Assembly: GCA_964414295.1 (NCBI GenBank)
Contig: CAYPVU010000020.1
Span: 43,289-107,288 of the forward strand
Direction of reading: 5' to 3'
DNA from: an uncultured Candidatus Saccharibacteria bacterium
GTDB taxonomy: Bacteria > Patescibacteriota > Dojkabacteria > J137
DNA: 64,000 bases
Below are positions 58,637-64,000 of this stretch, piece after piece. Positions within the stretch are counted from its first letter, which is position 1; each line of letters begins with the position of its first letter. The notes beneath the pieces were generated by a model. The model searched no databases. It was not told the DNA's origin and saw nothing but the letters and a program-made list of their open reading frames with translations. The translations under genes and the position numbers were made by a program.

Positions 58637-58647
58637 TAGAGTGCTAA
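58621..58647 (+). promoter_or_regulatory. CIRCE operator (HrcA binding site)
   Basis: TTAGCAGTT-ATAGAATTA-GAGTGCTAA versus the consensus TTAGCACTC-N9-GAGTGCTAA. The right arm is perfect and the left arm has 2 mismatches. It lies 35 bp upstream of the dnaK start. Confidence 0.75.
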
Positions 58648-58681
58648 ATTTAAAAATTTTAAACTATTATTATTCATATTT

Positions 58682-60580
58682 ATGGGAAAAGTAGTAGGAA
58701 TCGACTTAGGAACTACAAACTCTGCTGTAGCTTTTGTTCAGGCAGGAAAACCGGAAGTTATAACAAGCAAAGAAGGATCTAGATTAATTCCATCTGTAGT
58801 AGCAATAGATAACACCAGCGAAATTGTGGGGATCACAGCTAAAAATCAAATGGTAACTAATCCGGAGCAAACCTTTTATTCTATAAAAAGACTTATCGGA
58901 AGAAGATTCGAAGATGCCGAAGTGCAAAAAGATATTGAATTACTTCCATTTGAAATTAGAAAAAGTGATAAAGGTGGAGTTGAAATTAAGTTTGGAAATG
59001 AATGGGTTTCACCAGAAGTAATATCTGCAAAAGTATTATCAAAAATAAAAACAGATGCAGAAGCTTACCTAGGAGAAAAAATTACAGAAGCAGTTATTAC
59101 TGTTCCTGCATATTTTGATGATTCTCAAAGACAGGCTACAAAAAACGCCGGTAAAATTGCTGGATTTGATGTAAAAAGAATTATTAACGAACCTACAGCT
59201 GCAGCTATTGCATATGGATTAGACAAAAAAGGCGACCAAACAATTGCTGTTTATGACTTAGGTGGTGGTACATTCGATATCTCAATTTTAGATATAGGAG
59301 ATGGCGTATACGAAGTAAAATCTACTGCAGGAGATACTCACTTAGGAGGAGATGACTTTGATCAAAGATTAATAGATTTCTTTATATCTGAATTTAAAAA
59401 AGAGCAGGGTATTGATCTTAAAGAAGATGCAGCAGCATTACAGAGGCTAAAAGAAGCTGCTGAAAAAGCAAAGATTACTCTATCCTCTAGTGAAGCAGCA
59501 GATGTAAATCTTCCTTATATTACAGCTGATGCAAAGGGCCCTAAACACTTTAGACTTCAATTAACTAGAGCACAATTCGAAAATCTTGTAGGAGAATTAG
59601 TAGATAAAACATTTGATTCAGTCTCTAAAGCTCTTAAAGATGCAGGATTAGAAAAATCTGAAATTGACGAAGTAATTATGGTTGGTGGTATGACAAGAAT
59701 GCCATTAGTTCTAAAAAAAGTTGAAGAATTTTTTGGTAAAAAAGGAAATCAATCTGTTAATCCAGATGAGGTAGTAGCAGTTGGTGCTGCTCTACAGGCT
59801 GCAGTTTTAGCTGGAGATTCAAGTGTACAAGATATTACATTATTAGATGTAACACCTTTATCTTTAGGATTAGAAGTAAATGCTGGAGAAATGCATGTAA
59901 TTATTCCAAGAAATACAACAATTCCTACAGAAAAAACTGAAGATATGTTTACTACAGCAGTTGATAACCAACCAGCTATTGATGTTAAAGTTTTACAAGG
60001 AGAAAGACCTTTAGCTAAGGATAATAAAGTTCTTGGTAGTTTTAGGTTAGAAGATATTCCACCGGCACCTAGAGGAGTACCTAGATTTGCAATCACATTT
60101 AAATTAGACGCAAACGGTATTTTAAATGTAAAGGCTAAAGATGTTAAAACAAATAAAGAGCAGAGTATTACAATTACTGCTTCAACACATATGGATCAGG
60201 ATGAAATTGATAAAAGAGTAAGAGAAGCTGAAGAAAATAAAGCTAAAGATGAAGAAGTAGTAACTAGACTAAAAACAAAGAATGAAGCTGACACTGTTAT
60301 TTATCAAACAGAAAAGTTAGTAAAAGATTACGGAGACAAAATTGGAGAAGAATCTAAAAAAGAATTAACAGATAAAGCTAATGCTTTAAAAGAAATGATA
60401 AGCAAAGAAGACTTTAATATTGAAGAAGTTAAAAAAGCTTATGATGAGTTAGTACAAAAATCTCAAGATGCAGGTGCCAAGATTTATCAAGAAGATCCAA
60501 ATGCAGGTGCAAATACTTCTAATGAAACTGCGGAAGATAAAAAGAAGGATGAACCACTAGAAGGTGAAGTTATTGAATAA
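58682..60580 (+). CDS. dnaK: molecular chaperone DnaK (Hsp70)
   Basis: GIDLGTTNSAVA, DLGGGTFD and IVLVGGMTRMP-type motifs. 632 aa. Confidence 0.95.
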   Translation: MGKVVGIDLGTTNSAVAFVQAGKPEVITSKEGSRLIPSVVAIDNTSEIVGITAKNQMVTNPEQTFYSIKRLIGRRFEDAEVQKDIELLPFEIRKSDKGGVEIKFGNEWVSPEVISAKVLSKIKTDAEAYLGEKITEAVITVPAYFDDSQRQATKNAGKIAGFDVKRIINEPTAAAIAYGLDKKGDQTIAVYDLGGGTFDISILDIGDGVYEVKSTAGDTHLGGDDFDQRLIDFFISEFKKEQGIDLKEDAAALQRLKEAAEKAKITLSSSEAADVNLPYITADAKGPKHFRLQLTRAQFENLVGELVDKTFDSVSKALKDAGLEKSEIDEVIMVGGMTRMPLVLKKVEEFFGKKGNQSVNPDEVVAVGAALQAAVLAGDSSVQDITLLDVTPLSLGLEVNAGEMHVIIPRNTTIPTEKTEDMFTTAVDNQPAIDVKVLQGERPLAKDNKVLGSFRLEDIPPAPRGVPRFAITFKLDANGILNVKAKDVKTNKEQSITITASTHMDQDEIDKRVREAEENKAKDEEVVTRLKTKNEADTVIYQTEKLVKDYGDKIGEESKKELTDKANALKEMISKEDFNIEEVKKAYDELVQKSQDAGAKIYQEDPNAGANTSNETAEDKKKDEPLEGEVIE

Positions 60581-60584
60581 ATTT

Positions 60585-60610
60585 AAAGGGAGCAATCGCT
60601 CCCTTTTTTT
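60585..60610. terminator. intrinsic terminator after dnaK (bidirectional)
   Basis: GGGAGC-AATC-GCTCCC followed by TTTTTTT. Confidence 0.65.
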
Positions 60611-61052
60611 AAGCCTCAACAAAAGGTTGAAGCTCTAAAGATGACTCAACACTATAAATACCTGCAGCGGTAGTTCCATCTATTAGAATATCTGCATACT
60701 CACCATTTATATTATCTACAACTTCAATGCAGAGATTTACTAAACCTATTAAACTAGGATCAATAGATTCTGGTAAATTTGCTAAAAAGTATTCAGCAGC
60801 AGTTTTAAATTTGCCTACAGATGCCTCTGTATTTCCGATAATTAATAACCTCATTTGAGAAGCTAGCTCTTCTAGTGCATTCTGTAGCTCCTGACTTTCT
60901 TCATTCGAAAAGTAAAGATTATTTAATTCTTTTAATCTTTTGTAAAGTGCTAAGGAAGCTAATCCTATTTGTCTAGGTTTATCTAATCTAATATCGTATT
61001 GAATCTCGCCTTCAGCCGTTCTTGGATATTCACCCCAGTTATATATAGACAT
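60609..61052 (-). CDS. hypothetical protein (147 aa)
   Basis: ORF only. Confidence 0.4.
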   Translation of the reverse strand: MSIYNWGEYPRTAEGEIQYDIRLDKPRQIGLASLALYKRLKELNNLYFSNEESQELQNALEELASQMRLLIIGNTEASVGKFKTAAEYFLANLPESIDPSLIGLVNLCIEVVDNINGEYADILIDGTTAAGIYSVESSLELQPFVEA

Positions 61053-61188
61053 AAGCTAACATTAAAAAATTAAGATGGATTAAGCAGTACAAGACTGTTC
61101 AATTCTAAGCAGAAAAAGGGGAATAAAAGTTTTGCGTAAAAATTAGTAAGCTTAACTTTTATTTTTATTAACATAACGGTGTAATAAT

Positions 61189-64000
61189 TTACTCAATTAT
61201 AACCCATTTTTTTAAACATTCACGAGTTTTAGTTTCTTTAAGATTAGTATGTTTTACAAAGGTCTTAGTATTACCTTTAGAACCATAAATTATTTTAACT
61301 TCAGTACTATCAGGAGTATCTGTAAGAACTTCTTTTAAACAATTTAACTCTTCCTTATCTGTAACTCCTGTTATATCTACAGTAATTTTTTTAGGTTCAC
61401 CTAAAACATTTGCATGTTCCAAACTGTTTACTATAAGAGACTTTCTATCTTCTCTTTCATTTATTACTCCTCTTATGATTAAAGGAGAAGACTCATTTAA
61501 GAATTGTTTATATTTTTCAAATGTCTTTGGAAAAATAACTGCATCAACCTTACCTGTCATATCTTCAAAAGTAAGAATAGCCATTTTGGAATTGTCTTTT
61601 TTTGTATAAACAAATTTAAATGTTGTAAGCATACAGAGCATTTTTACATTTTTTCCAGGTTTAGTTTCATCTATTTGGTTTGCACTAATATAATCAGGGA
61701 AAATTTCTACCCATGAAAATTTGTGCAGCGGATGAGTTGAAATAAATAGTCCCATATAATCCTTTTCCCAATTCATTTTGTCATGATCACTTGCTGGTTC
61801 AACATCAGGTAAAAGAGTTGCATTAAAAAACTGCTTTTGTGGCTGGTCAGTTTCTTCTAAATCAAATCCAAATAAATCTGTCTGTGCTTCATCTCTTTTT
61901 TTACTTTTAACATTTAGCTTCTGAAGAATTTCTGGCATTACCTTTAAGAGAGCATTTCTATCACCAAAATCATCCATTGCTCCAGACTTTATTAATGCCT
62001 CTAGAATTCTTTTGTTTATAAATTCAGATCCAACTCTAAATACAAAATCATCCAAATTTAAATATTCACCATTAAGTCTTTCTTCTATTATTCTTTCACA
62101 AGCCTTAACACCTACATTCTTAATGGCACCTAATCCAAAACGAATACTATTATTATTTTCTGGTTCAAAATATACACCTGATTTATTTATATTGGGAGGC
62201 AATACTTCGTAACCCATTCTTCTTGCCTCTTGAATATCTATTGTAACTCTATCTAAGTTTTCTAAGTCTGAATGGATTAATGCAGTGATAAATTCTAGTG
62301 GGTAGTGGGCTTTTAAATAAGCACATTTATAAGCAAGAACTGCATATCCCGCAGCATGAGCTTTATTAAATCCGTAATCTGCAAATGGCAAGATCATATT
62401 CCAAAGTTTGTCTGCCACTTCTTGAGAGTAACCTTTTTTCATTACTCCTTCTTTAAGCTTAGGTTCTTCCTTTTGCATAACATCCATCTTCTTTTTACCT
62501 ACAGCTTTTCTTAATGAATCTGCCTGTCCCATGTTATAGCCAGCAACATCTACCGATAACCTCATTAATTGTTCCTGATAGACCATGTAACCATTGGTAA
62601 CGCCAAGAATAGGCTCAAGCTCAGGAATTAAGTAGCTAGCTTCTTTTAATCCATTTTTTACTTTAATGTAGTCGGGGATATATTTCATAGCTCCTGGTCT
62701 GTAGGCCGCAACCATAAAGCATATATCTTCTTGAGTTTCTGGTTTTAATTCTTTTAAGTACTGCTGCATAGGAGGAGACTCGAATTGGAATACACCAATT
62801 GTTTCTCCTCTTGAAAATAATTCAAAAGTTTTTTTATCACTTGCGGGAATATTATAAAAGTCTACAGTGATTCCATACTTTTTTTGAATAATCTCTATTG
62901 TTCTTTTTACAATAGTTAAAGTTCTTAGTCCTAAGAAATCAAATTTCATTAATCCTAACTCTTCTAACCATGGACCTTCAAACTGAACTACTGTTCTTCC
63001 CCCTCCAGCTTCTAACTGTAACGGTGCATAATTAACAATCGGACCTGGCGTAATCAAATGTCCGCAAGCGTGCACCGAAGAATGCCTAGACATATTTTCA
63101 ATCTTTTGTACAATTGCAGCCATTTCTTGAAGTTTAGGATCTGATTCTATAATTCGCTTAAACTCTTCATCTTCCTTCATCATCTTATCAATTGTGTATA
63201 CCTTTCCAAACAAAACATGTACCATCTTAGACAATCTGTCAGCGACTTTAAGATCAATTCCCATCACCCTAGAAACATCTCTTATTGCAGCTTTAGTTTT
63301 TAATCTTCCAACAGCTAAGATTGCTGCTACTGCATCTTTCCCATACTTTTCTTCTACATAAGCAATAATTTCATCTCGTCTATCGTCTTGTATATCCATA
63401 TCAATATCGGGAGGCGAAGGTCTTTCTGGATTCAAAAATCTCTCAAAATATAATTCCCATTTAATAGGATCAACTTCCACTATATCTAAACAGTGTGCAG
63501 CAGCAGAACCTGCAACAGAACCTCTTACTCCCATAAGAATTCCAGATCGAGCTGCAAACTTCATAATATCCGAAACTACTAAAAAGTAGTCATCATAACC
63601 TTTGTCGTGTATAACATCTAACTCGTATCTTAATCTTTCGTATAAATCTTCTCCTAATTCCTTTTTAGTTGATTCATAATCATTCTTATGTAAGTCATTT
63701 AATATTTCTTCGTATTTTTGTGGATTTTCCGTATTAAGTTTTTTATATTTTCTTAAAGCTCCGTCGTAGGTTTGTCTTTTTAATTCACTACCTGCAGTTT
63801 CTCCTTCCGGAACATTCCAAAATCTGGGCTGAACTCTGTCAAAAGCAATAGAGAAGGATTCAATTTGCTCATCAATTCTTTGTGTATTGTCTACAGCTTC
63901 TTTACAATCTGCAAATTTAGTCTCCATTTCTTCAGGAGATAGAATATAAGTACCTTCGTAACCATGTCTGCAGTCGGGTTCAGTTATAAGTTTTCCGTCT
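61189..64000 (-). CDS. dnaE: DNA polymerase III alpha subunit, C-terminal ~935 residues. The N-terminal PHP domain lies beyond the window end.
   Basis: Pol III alpha palm/fingers motifs such as GLLKMDFLGLRTLT-like (GLMKFDFLGLRTLTI) and the OB-fold C-terminus. The reading frame stays open to nt 64000 with no stop, so the Met at 63927 is internal. Confidence 0.85.
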   Translation of the reverse strand, partial: DGKLITEPDCRHGYEGTYILSPEEMETKFADCKEAVDNTQRIDEQIESFSIAFDRVQPRFWNVPEGETAGSELKRQTYDGALRKYKKLNTENPQKYEEILNDLHKNDYESTKKELGEDLYERLRYELDVIHDKGYDDYFLVVSDIMKFAARSGILMGVRGSVAGSAAAHCLDIVEVDPIKWELYFERFLNPERPSPPDIDMDIQDDRRDEIIAYVEEKYGKDAVAAILAVGRLKTKAAIRDVSRVMGIDLKVADRLSKMVHVLFGKVYTIDKMMKEDEEFKRIIESDPKLQEMAAIVQKIENMSRHSSVHACGHLITPGPIVNYAPLQLEAGGGRTVVQFEGPWLEELGLMKFDFLGLRTLTIVKRTIEIIQKKYGITVDFYNIPASDKKTFELFSRGETIGVFQFESPPMQQYLKELKPETQEDICFMVAAYRPGAMKYIPDYIKVKNGLKEASYLIPELEPILGVTNGYMVYQEQLMRLSVDVAGYNMGQADSLRKAVGKKKMDVMQKEEPKLKEGVMKKGYSQEVADKLWNMILPFADYGFNKAHAAGYAVLAYKCAYLKAHYPLEFITALIHSDLENLDRVTIDIQEARRMGYEVLPPNINKSGVYFEPENNNSIRFGLGAIKNVGVKACERIIEERLNGEYLNLDDFVFRVGSEFINKRILEALIKSGAMDDFGDRNALLKVMPEILQKLNVKSKKRDEAQTDLFGFDLEETDQPQKQFFNATLLPDVEPASDHDKMNWEKDYMGLFISTHPLHKFSWVEIFPDYISANQIDETKPGKNVKMLCMLTTFKFVYTKKDNSKMAILTFEDMTGKVDAVIFPKTFEKYKQFLNESSPLIIRGVINEREDRKSLIVNSLEHANVLGEPKKITVDITGVTDKEELNCLKEVLTDTPDSTEVKIIYGSKGNTKTFVKHTNLKETKTRECLKKWVIIE

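Noticed and set aside
1-64000. Search for CRISPR arrays, a diversity-generating retroelement (RT plus TR/VR) behind the diversified surface paralogs, integrases, transposases and prophage genes
   Set aside because: No regularly spaced direct repeats were seen. No ORF carries a reverse-transcriptase YxDD motif, an integrase R-H-R-Y pattern or a transposase DDE pattern. No capsid, terminase or portal-like proteins were seen either. The paralog diversity appears to come from gene duplication and divergence rather than a DGR.

Overview
This is a 64 kb, AT-rich (roughly 30% GC by eye), densely coded bacterial chromosomal segment that reads cleanly in the standard genetic code. Most long ORFs show no TGA read-through.

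The gene content suggests a small-genome, low-GC monoderm bacterium, possibly from the Candidate Phyla Radiation (Patescibacteria). This is an inference from the archaeal/eukaryal-type AspRS, the many compact hypothetical secreted or membrane proteins, the glycosylation and surface clusters, and the AT richness. A Firmicute-like origin cannot be excluded.

Recognisable housekeeping genes are aspS, asnS, cysS, gatA, rsmE, epmA-efp, a class-2 pyrD, msrB, pepF, mutS, hrcA-grpE-orf-dnaK with a CIRCE operator, the C-terminal ~920 residues of dnaE (cut at the 3' window edge) and one tRNA-Gly(UCC).

Accessory regions worth a second look:

1. A roughly 10.5 kb co-directional minus-strand operon (42107-52655). 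A DUF318/COG0701 permease, its DUF1980 partner and a TolB-like beta-propeller lead into three paralogous secreted Thr/Ser/Gly-rich Cys-paired proteins, interleaved with four paralogous C-terminally membrane-anchored surface proteins. The architecture resembles Firmicute WxL/DUF916 (Csc) cell-surface loci, but no WxL motifs are present. This is the best candidate for an undescribed surface-fibre or adhesion system.

2. A 5'-truncated Rad50/RloC-like zinc-hook ABC ATPase at the left edge, a candidate defence gene.

3. A polysaccharide/glycosylation locus (15439-21181): a processive QxxRW GT2 synthase, a PEGA-domain secreted protein, a 3-Cys ferredoxin, a GT-C and a GT4.

4. An unusual HD-phosphohydrolase-GT1 fusion, followed by a LOG-like Rossmann domain that carries a roughly 400-aa P/N/Q-rich disordered N-terminus.

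5. A Fur-family (Zur-like) regulator divergent from a ZIP zinc importer, with a near-palindrome in the shared promoter.

No CRISPR array, integrase, transposase or reverse transcriptase was seen.
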